DNA of 64,000 bases from Octopus vulgaris (taxonomy: Eukaryota): NCBI GenBank assembly GCA_951406725.2, contig OX597823.1, positions 104,842,001 through 104,906,000 on the forward strand, in the 5' to 3' direction. The position numbers and the translations under genes are program-made. Under the pieces are notes generated by a model. It saw only the letters and a list, made by a program, of their open reading frames with translations, was not told where the DNA came from and searched no databases. Shown here piece after piece: positions 1 to 12,959 of this stretch (positions are counted from its first letter, which is position 1; each line of letters opens with the position of its first letter).

Positions 1-29
1 ATTTTTATAAGTTTTTTATATATATATAC

Positions 30-243
30 ATATATCTTTGACCTTTTTGTTTATCGCTCGAAGATTGACCGTTTTTTCTAAAGGGCCAATCAAACAAGTC
101 CATTTCTTTTTAAAGGTGTAGCGTTTGTAAGAGTATAGATTGAATTGATATATCAGTTCCATTCTAGCAAAAACTGTCTGATGAACGGCAACGAGAAACT
201 CAGAGTAACAGATTTTGTTGAATTTTCTGCTGCTTAAAATAAA

Positions 244-245
<2 letters not shown>
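30..245 (+). mobile_element. Penelope-like element terminal-repeat (pLTR) remnant between (TA)n arrays
   Basis: Short unique segment between TA microsatellites, carrying a hammerhead core and ending in AATAAA followed by (TA)n. Confidence 0.55.
170..216 (+). ncRNA. Minimal type I hammerhead ribozyme-like motif
   Basis: Stem I aaaactgt / acag(a)tttt; CTGATGA at 178-184; stem II cg-GCAA-cg; GAAAC at 195-199; stem III ACTC-a-GAGT; GUA cleavage triplet at 205-207. The pair closing stem II is an A/A mismatch. Confidence 0.6.
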
Positions 246-292
<47 letters not shown>

Positions 293-295
<3 letters not shown>

Positions 296-590
296 TCATC
301 ATCATCATCGTTTAACGTCCGTTTTCCGCGCTAGCACGGGTTGGACGGTTCAACCGGGGTCTGGGAAGCCAGGGGCTGCACCAGGCTCCAGTCTGATCTG
401 GCAGAGTTTCTACAGCTGGATGCCCTTCCTAACGCTAACCACTCCGCGAGTGTAGTGGGTGCTTTTTACGTGCCACCTGCACAGGTGCCAGGGGGGTCCA
501 GCATCGGCCACGATTGGTTGGAGCTTTTAACGTGCCACCGGCACGGAAGCCAGCCAACGGCCACATTCGGATGGTGCTTTTTATGTGACT
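293..590 (-). mobile_element. RTE-LINE 3' UTR-derived repeat with (GAT)n tail
   Basis: catcatc-gtttaacgtccg...cagctggatgcccttcctaacg motif; the same sequence follows an RTE ORF C-terminus at 51822-52310. Confidence 0.8.
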
Positions 591-779
591 AGGCAGGGGG
601 TTGAGTTTTTGAGCAAAAAAACAGTTCACATAGCTCCAAGATCACTCACTCATAAAATGAATTCCAGGAATAGGTGGGAAGTTAAACAGATCTCAATGAA
701 GGCTGTGACCTGTGGCTAAGCAATTAAAAAAGAAAAAAAAGGATGAATGTGATTATAAATATATATATATATTCAATAT

Positions 780-983
780 GTGACTGCGTGTGTATCATTG
801 GCGATTTTTTCCCCTCCATCTTCTCTTCCTTGGATCTTTCCTTTTCCTATGTTTCGGACGAATAGCTCCGCTCAAAAAGTTAAATCCTCCTCATTTCTTT
901 CCTTTCCTGAGTGTCCAATAACACTATACTTGTTCCACGTCCTCGTGTTGTTGTGTTTTCTCTTTGTGCTTTCATGTTTGGAT

Positions 984-988
<5 letters not shown>
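780..988 (+). mobile_element. (TA)n-embedded repeat, probably Penelope-like (related copies at 28720-28905 and 56170-56305)
   Basis: Shared tcctgag(c/t)g...aataa...ttgttccacgt...gtttggattaac segment in all three copies, each flanked by TA arrays. Confidence 0.55.
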
Positions 989-1033
<45 letters not shown>

Positions 1034-1042
1034 TGTTTATAA

Positions 1043-1705
1043 CATCATCATCATTGTTTAACGTCCGTTTTCCATGCTAGCATGGGTTGGACAGTTTGAC
1101 CGGGGTCTGGGAAGCCAGGAGGCTGCACCAGGCTCCAATCTGATCTGGCAGAGTTTCTACAGTTGGATGCCCTTCCTAACGCCAACCACTCCAAGAGTGT
1201 AGTGGGTGCTTTTTACGTACCACCTGCATGGGGGCCAGTGAGGCGGTACTGGCAATGACCTTGCTCGAATCTTTTTACACATGCCAGTGAAGCAATGTTG
1301 GTAACGATCACACTTGATTGATGCCCTTTTACGTGCCACGGGTACGGAAGCTAGTTAGCTGCTCTGGCAATGATGACACTCAGATGGTGTTCTTGGCACC
1401 CTCCTAGCACAGGCATAAGTGCCAGTAAGGCAACGCTGGTAACGATCATACTTGAATAGCTGCTCTGTCAACAATCACACTCGTATGGTGCTCTTCGCAC
1501 CTTGCTAGCACAAATGCCAGTCATCAAAATGATTTTGATTTTGATTTTGATTTCACTTGCCTCAACAGGTCTTCGCAAGCTAGGTTTAGTGACCAAAGAA
1601 GGAAAAGTTATGCATAAGTGGGCTGGTTATGCTCCTGGTATAGGCCACGGGTTATGGTCTCATCTGGTTTGCCGGGTCTTCTCGAGCAGAGCATATTTCC
1701 AAAAG
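1043..1705 (-). mobile_element. RTE-LINE 3' UTR repeat with internal modular repeats
   Basis: Same terminal motif as 293-590, plus repeated ggtgctttttacgtgccac-like modules. Confidence 0.75.
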
Positions 1706-1717
1706 TATATATTTATA

Positions 1718-1766
<49 letters not shown>

Positions 1767-2394
1767 TCTATGTGTCTGTCTATTGTCTCTATCTCTTTCT
1801 ATACACACACACACACACACGCACGCATATATATTATATATATATATACATATATATACATACATAGATATGAGTGTGTGCTTGCACCCATATATTCACA
1901 CACACACGCACATACAGATACATGAATACACACATACACATATACATACACATGTTTGTATATAAGTATATACATGTATATATGCACATAAACATTATGT
2001 ACACACACGTGTGCTATACATATAATTATACATACATATAAGACATTAATATGAACTCATGTATGTCTACAAGTGCACATAAACGAATAAAATCAATCTG
2101 CACGTATCTAAAAACCTGTCAGCATGTGTGTACATGCAATGTGTTCTTGTACACACGTGCACATGTGCATAAAGGTATATGATGATGATGATATTAATAA
2201 TAATAATAACAACAACAACAACAACAACAACAACTACTACAACAAAAACAACAATAGTAACAAGGAGAAGAAGAAGGAAAAGAAGAAGAAGAAGAACAAC
2301 AACAACAACAATAATAATAGTTATTATTATTATTACTATTATTGCTGTTGTTATTATTATATACCTTTATGCATGTGTGCACGTGTGTACAAGA

Positions 2395-2830
2395 AAAATT
2401 AGATTCCTATTCAAATGGACACGAAATTAGAAAATAATAGATCAGATGTAACGATTGTTGATAAGGAAAAGTGAAGTGGCTTACTTAACCCATCACGGCT
2501 GTTTGATTCCAGGGTCATAAAGGAGGCGGAAGAGAAGTAAAAAAAAAATACAATCCCTTAAAAGTTTGAAATAGGAAGATTCTGGAACATGTGAACAGTA
2601 AAGGTTTTGCCTATAATAATTGGTTCGTTGGAAACAGTAAGCAAAACTATAGACAAATGGCTGGAGGAGATTGGAATAGAATGCCCAGTAGAGCTCCTAC
2701 AGCAAGTTTGTCTCTTAGAAACAGCAAGGATTATCAGGAGGGCTCTAAGCACTTGTGGATGCCTAAATAGTAACCTGCTATCCATTTAATTCCTACCAGG
2801 AATAAAACTGAACCTGAGCCAAACCAAAAT
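2395..2830 (+). mobile_element. R4/Dong-type LINE 3' fragment (RLE domain C-terminus)
   Basis: Translates as ..PIIIGSLETVSK..LLQQVCLLETARIIRRAL and is followed by (TAA)n. Confidence 0.75.
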
Positions 2831-2847
2831 GATAATAATAATAATAA

Positions 2848-3060
2848 TCCTTTCTACTATAGGCACAAGGCCTGGAATTTTTGGGAAAGGAACAAGTCAA
2901 TTACATCGGCCCCAATGTTTCACTGGTACTTAATTTATCGACCCCAAAAAGATGAAAGGCAAAATCAATCTTGGGGGAATTTGAACTCAGAATGTTAAGA
3001 TGGATGAAATGCCGCTCAATATTTTGCCTGATGTGCTCACGATTCTGCCAGCTTGCTGTC
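2848..3060 (-). mobile_element. SINE family B (ggtgagctggcagaa...ttgcctttcatcctttcgggg)
   Basis: Matches copies at 40208, 61118, 61356 and 63888. Confidence 0.7.
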
Positions 3061-3094
3061 TTAATAATAATGGTAATAATAATAACAATAATAA

Positions 3095-3712
3095 GATGTC
3101 TGTTTTCATGCTGACAGAAATTGAATGGCTTGAATGGAGGTGGTGAGCTGGAGAACTGTACAATGCTCCAGTCATCTGTTTTGGATTGGTTTCTATGGTT
3201 GGATGTCCTTCCTAATGCCAACCACTTCACAGATTGTACTGGATGTCTTATATGTGTCACCATCATGGGTGCCCCTTTATGTGTCACTGGCACAAGTGCC
3301 CTTTTATGTTTCACGAGCACAGGTGCCTTTTATGTGTCATTAGCATAGGTGTCTCTTATGTGTCCCTGGCACAGGTGCCCTTTTATGTTTCATGAGCACA
3401 GGTGCCTTTTATGTGTCATCAGCACAGGTGTCTCTTATGTGTCACTGGTACGGATGCCTTTTATGTGTTACTGGCACTGGCTATGACCATGGTTCCACTT
3501 AGCTTGACATGTTTTCTCAAGCACAGCTAATTGCTGGAGGTTTTGGTCACTTCTCATCACCTACATGAAACTCAACAACCAAAAGCAATTTTTCACCACT
3601 TTGTCCCATGTCTTCTAGTGTCCACCCTTCCACAGGTTCCCTCCACAATTAGAGACTGGCACTTCTTTACACATCTGCCTTCATCCATATGTATCACATG
3701 ACCATACTAGCA
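3095..3712 (-). mobile_element. RTE LINE 3' end (ORF C-terminus plus UTR)
   Basis: Minus strand reads YGHVIHMDEGRCVKKCQSLIVEGTCGR; the UTR contains a ~26-bp degenerate tandem array at 3250-3480. Confidence 0.75.
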
Positions 3713-3744
<32 letters not shown>

Positions 3745-3746
<2 letters not shown>

Positions 3747-4355
3747 GCCCTGATGCAGTACCAAGATGCCCTGATGCAGTACCAGGCAGTGGCTCTCAAT
3801 ACCCTGATGCAGTACCAGGCAGTGGCTCTCATGGCTTCTGATCTTAACTGATTGGAAGTGTTATCATGTACATTGTTTTGTCTTGGTATAAAAGATGGGC
3901 TACAGCAAATATTCTGCTCAATACCACAGATTTGCTTGTCAGTTGTTTGACCTTAACCAGTTGAGCATGTCCCTTAGTGGCTGACGATATGTGCATCTCT
4001 GATCACGAGCAGAAGTAGTGGGGGAGCATCATAGCCATGTGTTGAGAAGGATTCTTTGGGGTTTGAATAATTCACCTCTGGAAACATGGGTGGTTCTTTC
4101 AACATCCTTAAACAACCCTTATTCAGGGACCTTTTGAGCGGGATGGGCTACTCAACCTGAAGAAAATTCTAACTGGGCTCCCATCTGCAAGGTCATGTGC
4201 TGTTTATCTTGATATGAGATCACCATGTCGCGCACATATGGTTGTGATGCATGTGCCTGGTGTACCCTTATCAGACGGGTAGTCATGATGGGTATACTGG
4301 GCTTCGTATATTTTACCCCAGTGTCACTTTGATGGCATGCACTGCTCTCTCACTC
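3745..4355. mobile_element. ~560-bp non-coding repeat inserted in (TAA)n, copy 1
   Basis: Near-identical to 18768-19324 with the same boundaries; the ccctgatgcagtacc start is triplicated in this copy. Confidence 0.8.
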
Positions 4356-4397
<42 letters not shown>

Positions 4398-4399
<2 letters not shown>

Positions 4400-4672
4400 C
4401 ACAGTAATTGGTGCGTTGGGAATGATAAAGAAGGGAGCTGAGAAGTATATTAAGCAACTCCCTGGTAACTCCAATCTCCATGAACTACAAAAGATAACCT
4501 TGATGGGTTCAGCCCATATACTACAGAAAGCACTCACCATCTAAAATGGAATGAATGTTGTGATAATTCTAGCATGCGTAGCAAAACAAAAGTGCCCTTG
4601 TTGCTCTTGGCCTCCGGAGGATGCCCGGTACGAAGGCAGCTGAAATAAAGTTACAATGAAGAGAAACCATAA
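4398..4672 (+). mobile_element. R4/Dong-type LINE extreme 3' fragment
   Basis: VIGALGMIKKGAEKYIKQLPG...LQKITLMGSAHILQKAL, flanked by (TAA)n on both sides. Confidence 0.8.
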
Positions 4673-4740
4673 ATGATAATAATAATAATAATTTCAAATT
4701 TTGGCACAAGGCCAGCAAGTTTGGGGGAGAGAATGAATTG

Positions 4741-6210
4741 GAGAGAATGAATATGCCATTGGTGATGGGTGTTGAACCTGTAGACTGGAGAACAGTGATA
4801 ATCTGCCCGATTTTCAAGAATGGGAGCCGCGAAGACCTGCTTAACTACCGACCAGTTTCCCTTACTTAAATAATCAGCAAGATGTTCGAAATCATCCCTA
4901 AGAAAAGTATGTTGCTCCACCTCTAAAACACAGCCTCTATCTCTGATTCCTAACACGGTTTCATGCCGAAGAGATCATGCTTGATCAACTTACTGGTAAT
5001 GGAAGAATTGGTGACGCGTATCCTGGATGATGGTGATGCTGTTGACATCGTTTTATTGGGCTTTGTCAAAGCTTTTCACTCGGTTAACCACCGCCTATTA
5101 CTTGTCAAGCTTCAAGCATATAGTTTCCATCCGGATATTGTATGATGGGTTGGTGCCTTCCTCTCAGATCGCTCCTTCCAAGTCCAAGTTAATGGCTTGC
5201 TGTCCGACGTCTCCAGTGCGAGCAGTGGCGTGCCTCAAGATTCAGTGCTTGGGCCGTTATTGTTTTTAGTCTTCATCAATGACTTGCCCGACAACCTCAC
5301 GCAACACGCCCTTCTATTTGCCGACGATGTCAAACTGGTCGCTCCTCGCAGTGATATAGATGATCTTCGCCGATGCCTCCACCAAGTTTGGAGATGGTCA
5401 AACGAATGAGACCTGTGTCTGAACGTGTTAAAGTGCTGTCATCTGCCTGTTGGCTCCTCTCGTGCAACTCAACTTGATTTCAAGCCGGGTCGTCTGCTGC
5501 TGGAGAAGACCGACCAGGTAAAGGACCTGGGTAGCTTGCTGGATTCTTCCTTTTCGCCTTCGGCCTAATGCGTCCATGCTGCCAACAAAGCACGCGGAGT
5601 TCTGTTTTTGATTCGACGGTCATTCGGAATGCTCACAGCAGCCATATTCCTACCGCTCTATGTCACCTTGGTGAGACCCATATTGGAGTATGGGATTCAA
5701 GCCTCTTCTCCTTATCTCCTCAAAGACATACATCATCTCGAAAGAGTCCAGATGCTGGCTACCCACATGGTTCTTGGTCTCAAGCATTTGTCTTATGAAG
5801 AAAGGCTGAAGACACTTGACCTTTATTCTCTCGAAAAACGCCACCGCCGTGGTGATCTCATTCTTGTTTACAACATCATAAGCGGAAAGTGTACCCTCTC
5901 GAAAGAGCTGTTCTTCACTCCTGCTCCAGAGCGTGGGCTGTGGGGTCACTCCGTAAAGCTCTATCTACGACGATTTCATCTCAATCGAAGGAGAGGGGCT
6001 TTCTCCGTCCGGGTTGCAGATCCGTGGAATAAGCTGCCGGACGAGATAGTGAAGATGTCGACGACCATTCGGTTCAAAGTCTCTCTTGACCAGAAATGGC
6101 CTGAACTCTTTGTATGAACATCCTCCCTGTACGTAACTCCATGTCCCCCTACATGGCCTTGCTTTTGCTTTTTGAGCCAATAAAAATTGAATTGAAATTG
6201 AATTGAATTG
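4741..6210 (+). mobile_element. CR1-group LINE, 5'-truncated RT pseudogene with (AATTG)n tail
   Basis: SCLINLL, SGVPQDSVLGPLLFLVFINDLP, LFADDVKL, TLVRPILEYG and LSYEERLKTLDLYSLEKR..RGDLI motifs, with stops and frameshifts; it splits a family B SINE (4693-4740 / 6211-6545). Confidence 0.9.
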
Positions 6211-6264
6211 ATTACATTGACCTCAGTACTGAACTGGAACATATTTTATCGACCCCAAAAGGAT

Positions 6265-6496
6265 GAAAGGCAAAGTTGACCTTGGTGGAATTTGAAAGGC
6301 AAAGTTGACCTTGGTGGAATTTGAAAGGCAAAATTGACCTTGGTGGAATTTGAAAGGCAAAGTTGACCTTGGTGGAATTTGAAAGGCAAAGTTGACCTTG
6401 GTGGAATTTGAAAGGCAAAGTTGACCTTGGTGGAATTTGAAAGGCAAAGTTGACCTTGGTGGAATTTGAAAGGCAAAGTTGACCTTGGTGGAATTT
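6265..6496. repeat. 29-bp tandem repeat x8 inside a SINE
   Basis: gaaaggcaaagttgaccttggtggaattt repeated 8 times head-to-tail, with one substitution in copy 3. Confidence 0.95.
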
Positions 6497-6574
6497 GAAC
6501 TTATAATGTAAGGATGGACAAAATGCTGCTTGGCAATATTAATAAAACGATAAAAATGATGAGATAAAAATAAC

Positions 6575-7310
6575 TGGGTCATGCTCTTGCGAAGACCTGT
6601 TGAGGCAAGTGAAATCGAAATCAAATTCGATGACTGGCATCAATGCTAGCGGTATGCAAAGAGCACCATCCAAACATGAACGTTGCCAGAGTGGCTAACT
6701 GGCTTCTGTGCCAGTGGCGCATAAAAGGCACCATTGAGCATGATCGTTACCAGCGTTGCCTTATTGGCACTCGTGCTGATGGCACGTGTAAAAACATTCA
6801 AGCGAAGTCGTTGCCAGTACCACCTGACTGGCCCCCGTGCCGGTTGCACGTAAAAGCACCTACTACACTCTTGGAGTGGTTGGCATTAGGAAGGGCATCC
6901 AGCTGTAGAAAAATCTGCCAGATCAAGATTGGAGCCTGGTGCAGCCATCTGGTTTGCCAGTTCTCAGTCAAACCGTCCAACCCAGGCTGGCATGGAAAGT
7001 GGAATTGTCAATATGCTGTACTTGAGAAGAAGACCCATCATGCCAAGAAAAATAGACATGGCAGATGCTGGTGTCGTGCAACTGGCAGTCATCCAGAGGC
7101 ACGTAAAAGCACCCATTACACTCTTGGAGTGGCTGGTATTAGGAAGGGTATCCAGCCATAGAAACCATGTCAAATCAGACAGGAGTCTGGCGCAGCCCCT
7201 CAGCTTGCTAGCCCTGGTCAATCCATCCAATCTACAACAACATGGACAATGGATGTTAAATAATGATGATGATGATGATGATGATGACGATGATGACGAC
7301 AATGACAACG
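6575..7310 (+). mobile_element. Two RTE 3' UTR-derived repeats
   Basis: The ggagtggttggcattaggaagggcatccagctgtag motif occurs twice; (GAT)n tail. Confidence 0.7.
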
Positions 7311-7593
7311 ATATATAAAATAAGGTCAAATAAAAAAAGATATAAGATGCAAATAGCTTATTGATCTGCTGATAGAAACAGCTGTAAACTCACTCTTACT
7401 CTCACCTTTCTTGACTAATTAAATAATGGCTTTTTAGCACCAAAGACACACTTCACATTGTTGTTTTTCCTCCATTTTCTTATTGTATTTATATATGTAT
7501 ATACATATATATATATGCAAACATATATATAAATATATATGTTTATATATAATGGTAATATATTGGTATATGTATATATATATATGTATGTAA

Positions 7594-7661
<68 letters not shown>

Positions 7662-7682
7662 CACGTGACATCATGTGACATT

Positions 7683-7977
7683 ACGTGACCGACCAGTCCA
7701 TCAGATGTTGTTACACATCACTGGTCACAATGCGTTCGCATTGTTTTAGCCTTCGAATGACGCCACCCCGCTGGCTAAGCGAGCAGGCCAACAGAAGAAA
7801 GAGTAAGAGAAAGAGTGGTGAAAGAGTACAGCAGGGATCACCACCCCCTGCCGGAGCCTCGTGGAGCTTTTAGGTGTTTCCGCTCAATAAACACTCACAA
7901 CGCCCGGTCTAGGAATCGAAACCGCGATCCTACGACCGCGAGTCTGCTGCCCTAACCACTAGGCCATTGCGCCTCCA
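7683..7977 (-). mobile_element. tRNA-derived SINE family D (possibly Arg-like head)
   Basis: Minus strand: ggaggcgcaaTGGCCTAGTGG (A box)...GGTTTCGATTCC (B box); related copies at 48810-49113 and 26400-26697. Confidence 0.8.
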
Positions 7978-8052
7978 CATGTATGTATGTATGTATGTAT
8001 GTATATATATATATATGAACATCAATACATGTATGAATATATTCATATATAA

Positions 8053-8097
<45 letters not shown>

Positions 8098-8165
8098 ATT
8101 ATATAAACATATATACATATATAAATATATAATGATAATATATTTGTATAGATATGTGTGTTTAG

Positions 8166-8202
<37 letters not shown>

Positions 8203-8264
8203 TATACATATATATATATAAATATAGATATATGTGTGTATATATATGTGTGTGTGTGTGTGTG

Positions 8265-8307
<43 letters not shown>

Positions 8308-8517
8308 TACACACACACACATTATATTTATACACATCAGCATCATTAACATTCAAAGTCCATTTTCCATGCGGGCATGCATCGATGTTTTCCCAATATA
8401 GTTTTGCATGTGTACAGATGTGTGAATGTAAGTTATGGTTACATATGCACAATACACACACACACACACACACCTGTACATGTGTGTGTGCATGTGTACA
8501 TATATACATATTTACAC

Positions 8518-8575
<58 letters not shown>

Positions 8576-8767
8576 CCAAAAGTTCTTGTAATACATCACT
8601 GGCAGTAAAATTGGTCAATTGATAAAACTGATAGTTACTGGTATATATTGATCTTTTCAATATCCAAAATAAATATTACTCCACACTTCAAGATTAAGTT
8701 CTCTCTTTCTTAGTTGTGTGAATACATAGTACTCTAGTTACAGTCACACACACACACATATATATAC

Positions 8768-8814
<47 letters not shown>

Positions 8815-9295
8815 GGGGGGGTGTAGTTATATGAGTGTATGTGTGTATCTATATATATATATAAAAAACAACGTTTCTGCTTATTTGATATATATTTTTG
8901 CATTTAGCATTGATTTCATTGCATTCTTTGTTTACTTTTGTTTTATCAATAATTATTATATTTTGTTTGTTTGACTCTCACATTGATAATTGCTGGGCAA
9001 CTGTAAGGATTAACACTTTATAGAAAGCTAATAGGAACTATCAAGAGTGATTTCAATTGTTATTGTATTACTATTGTTGTTGTTGTTATTTTTACAATTC
9101 TTCTTCTTCTTCTTCTTCTTCTTCTTCTTCTTCTTCTCCTTCTCCTTCTTCTCCTCCTCCTTCCCCTCTTCCCCTCCTTGCTGTTGTTGTTGTTATTTTT
9201 ACAATTCTTCTTCTTCTTCTTCCCCCCTCATCCCCCTCCTCCCTTCCCCCCTTCCCCCTCCGTTCCCCCCTCCGTTCCCCCTCCTTGCTGTTGTT

Positions 9296-9845
9296 GTTAA
9301 TGTTGACCTGTGGAATTATGTTGAAACCATCATGAAGATCATGTTGCCACTTTTCCTTTGATCAGCAAAGACAAGCAGTTTTTCTCTGTCTGGTGGCTCT
9401 GGCAAAAGAGGTTGTGTGCTGGATTGCATTGAAAGGATTAAATACAAACACTTTCCTTCCCAGTCAAAAGCTTTTCAGCATTTTAAAATTCCATTCGAAA
9501 AGGAAGGTGAAAGTTGAGAAAGACAAGAAAGTTAAATGTAGTGAAGAGGACCCAAGTGAATGGGTCTGCTCTAATCTGATGACTGTTGATGCATGAAGTG
9601 TATGGAGGTGTTCCATGGTACTTCCAATGAGTAGAGTAGTTTGTGATCTGTGGAATTTCCTGGAGGACTCTGAGTGGCATTTGTCCCCCTATTGGGGATT
9701 TTGTTTGTTAAGATTTCTTTTGCAAATTTTTTAGTTTTATTGTCTGTATATTTCTAGCTAAATCCCCACTGTCTTTCTATTGTTCTAAATGTTTTTTTTT
9801 TGTGGCCCTTGTGGCCTATAAAGAATTATTATTTTTATTATTAAT
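9296..9845 (+). mobile_element. Probable L1/Tx1-type LINE 3' fragment
   Basis: CLVALAKEVVCWIALKGLNTNTFL..LKFHSKRKVKVEK resembles a Tx1-like ORF2 C-terminus; followed by a T-rich UTR. Confidence 0.45.
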
Positions 9846-9912
9846 CAGTTAAAGAAGATTTAAGAAAAGAGGAGAAAAAAGAAAATAAAAAATGTGAAGG
9901 ACATAATAATAA

Positions 9913-10272
9913 CTAGCATTATGACCCAGCGTTGCCGGGTCATAGTGCTAGTGCATGCATATACAGCATGCGCACATACACGCGAGTACTCTCCAAATCT
10001 TCGACCAATCACATACAGCTAGCTGGCATTCAATTGGTGTATCAAGTTTCGGGCATTTTGATTGGGTTTTGGATAGAAAATTCACAAATAAGTCACTTCT
10101 ATTGATTTTTTAATGGCTTTGTTGGGTGACTGAGGGAAATGTAAAGATATGCACGATCACCCTTGGACGGTTTTGAATGACCATAGAAAGTGCGAGCCTT
10201 CTAACTGAAAAATTGTGGATTTGTATAAAGGACACACACACAGACAGACATTTTGCCGTTTATATATATAGA
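9913..10272 (-). mobile_element. Non-autonomous Helitron
   Basis: Minus strand starts with TC (10272) and ends with CTAG (9913); subterminal hairpin atgaccc..gggtcat at 9921-9943; inserted between A and T. Confidence 0.8.
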
Positions 10273-10337
10273 TATAATAATATATAATAACAACAACAAC
10301 AACAACAACAACAACAATAATAATAATAATATATAAC

Positions 10338-11220
10338 AACTGGAACTGCTGTCAGGCTTGAGGTGATCCAGAAGACAGTATTGGTGGGTACAGCTTGCAT
10401 TCTAAGGAGAGTATTGTCTCTTTGAGTCACAGGAGAAAGCACTACTTGAAACCTTTGGTGATTTGTTATTGCCTGCTTTCAAATAAAGAACAACCGTGAA
10501 TTAAGAACTATCTGGGAGTCTTTCAGAATAACAACAACAACAACAATAATGATAATAATAATGAAACAGTATCACATACTGCGAGTGGGAGTAGCAAACT
10601 GATCCAAAAGAAATACAAATGGAAGTATGATAACTTAGCTAATAATGTTCATTGGAAATTGTGTGAGAAGTACAGTCTTGAAAGACCATTGAAATGGTAT
10701 GAGCATAATCCAGAAGGGGTCACTGAGAATAATGAGTATAAGATCTTATGAGATCTTACAATCTATTATGACTCAGTAATTGATGGTCGGAGACCAGACA
10801 TTGTTGTGGTGGATAAAATGATGAAGGAAACCAAGATCATAGATATTGGTATATTAGGGAATGTATGAGTGGGTGAAATAGAACTGGAAAAGATTGAAAA
10901 GTTCAAGCCTCTAAAAGTTAAGATTGCATGAATGTGGGCAATGAAGGAAGTAACTGTCATCTCAGAAGTTGTAGGGGCATCGAGAGCATTAAGAACCAGG
11001 TTTGGGAAAGATGCTGGAGAAACTGGGATTGCCGTGAGAATAGAACAGGCTCAGAAAACTGTTCTGCTGGGGACGGCGAGGGCTTTGAGATTGGTAATTG
11101 GAGATGTTAAGTATTGTGGAAAGAGACTCTGTGAGGCCCATGGCAATGTGTTGTTTTCCACTCTTAAAAAAAATTAACTGGAGCAAGTAAACTCGAGAGT
11201 TCTGAGAAGTGAAATGAATA
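10338..11220 (+). mobile_element. Two tandem R4/Dong-type RLE fragments
   Basis: IQKTVLVGTACILRRVL; then HWKLCEKY, RRPDIVVVDK and IEQAQKTVLLGTARALR; separated and flanked by AAC/TAA repeats. Confidence 0.75.
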
Positions 11221-11620
11221 TAATAATAATATGTCATTGCATGTGAAAGGCACATGGTACACTCTGTGGAGTGGTTGGCATGAAGAAGGGCATCCAGCCA
11301 TAAAACCCTAGCCAAAACAGACTGGAGTTCAGTGCAGCTCTCTGGCATGGAAAATAGATGCTAAATGATGATGATAATGGATCCTTTCAACAATGGATAC
11401 AAGGCCAGAAATTTTGGAAGAGGGAGTGGATTGATTATATCGATCCCAGAATTTAAGTGGTAGTTTATTTCATCAACCCCGAAACGATGAAGGGCAAAGT
11501 TGGCTTCTGTAGAATTTTAACTCAGAATGTAAAGATAGATTAAATGCTGCTAAGCATTTTGTGTGCATGCTAATGGTCCTACCAGCTCGCCACTTCAGTA
11601 ATAATAATAATAATAATAAT

Positions 11621-11666
<46 letters not shown>

Positions 11667-11820
11667 TCGTGTTAACTGGAATGGCTCATGTACTGAGAAG
11701 AGCATTATCGCTGTGAAAACAACATCCATTCATGAATTTATTTATTTATTAATTTTTTAAATACATATTTTACCAGTGAATTTGTTTGTGTAATCTGGGA
11801 ATGCATACAATGAGCTTCTC

Positions 11821-11881
<61 letters not shown>

Positions 11882-12391
11882 CATAATAATAATAGTAATA
11901 ATCTTAATTGAAGGAAAGGGAATTCAAATCAAAGCTATGTATGTTTCAGTGAACAAATGCTATTTATTTCATATTACATACAAAGTTATGCGATCCAAGC
12001 AGCAAATTTAGTGTCCATTCACTTCTGCAGAGACTATAGTTAGAATCACAATCAATTTATGAAATAAACTCACAATGTGGCATGGATTTTCACTGCTCAA
12101 TGGACGTGTCCAGAAACCAGGCAAAGAGACAATATGTAAATGTTAATCTATTCTATCAGCTCTTTAGTACAGCATCCGTCCAAACTGGACTTAAAGCACT
12201 TAATCAAAATAAAATTCCTCCAATGGTTCAAGAAATCATCTTCCTCTCAGTGATAACTCCATCAGTAGGGTAATCTCTGTGGCAACAATTTATTATAGTC
12301 ACACACAAATGAAATGACAAAGGAAGAAAAGAATAAGCAACATGGTTTGCTAACCACTAACACCTTTCTCTCACTCACTCTTGCTCTCTCT

Positions 12392-12428
<37 letters not shown>

Positions 12429-12849
12429 TGGGTATTACTTTGCCTCTTGTCTAAAAGTCAGACAAAAAAAATGTGGTTTAACTAGCTTTTGAGCTTTGTG
12501 ATCTTAGCTTTGGCAAGAATTTACTGTTACTCTGTAATGGCTTCTTGGACTGAAAATCATCTGATGGTAAACTTTAACAACATTTCACCATCTTATAAAA
12601 TAAATGTTTAAATAACATTATGTTGTATTTATAAATAGTGTAAACCACGAAGTAGAGAGGAATAATGTAAAATGTGTTTTTGGTAAGATGTGAATATATG
12701 GCACTGGTGGAAACTTGTTATTATAGAAACAATAAAATTTAGAAATATCCATTGAGAAACCATACTTTATATATATGATAAGATCTTTGTAGAAAATGTG
12801 CAAAGGAAAAGAATCAAATTTATTGCAACATTTGAAAATAATAATAATG

Positions 12850-12885
<36 letters not shown>

Positions 12886-12959
12886 TTAATAATAACAATA
12901 ATAATAATAATAAATACTGTTTATAACTTGACTTATGGCACTTTATTTGGTTTCACAGG

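Noticed and set aside
6265-6496. CRISPR-like 29-bp repeats
   Set aside because: The units are contiguous with no spacers, derive from a SINE, have no cas genes nearby and lie in a eukaryotic context
7900-7977. Functional tRNA gene
   Set aside because: No complete cloverleaf or acceptor stem; it continues into a SINE body that recurs elsewhere in the window
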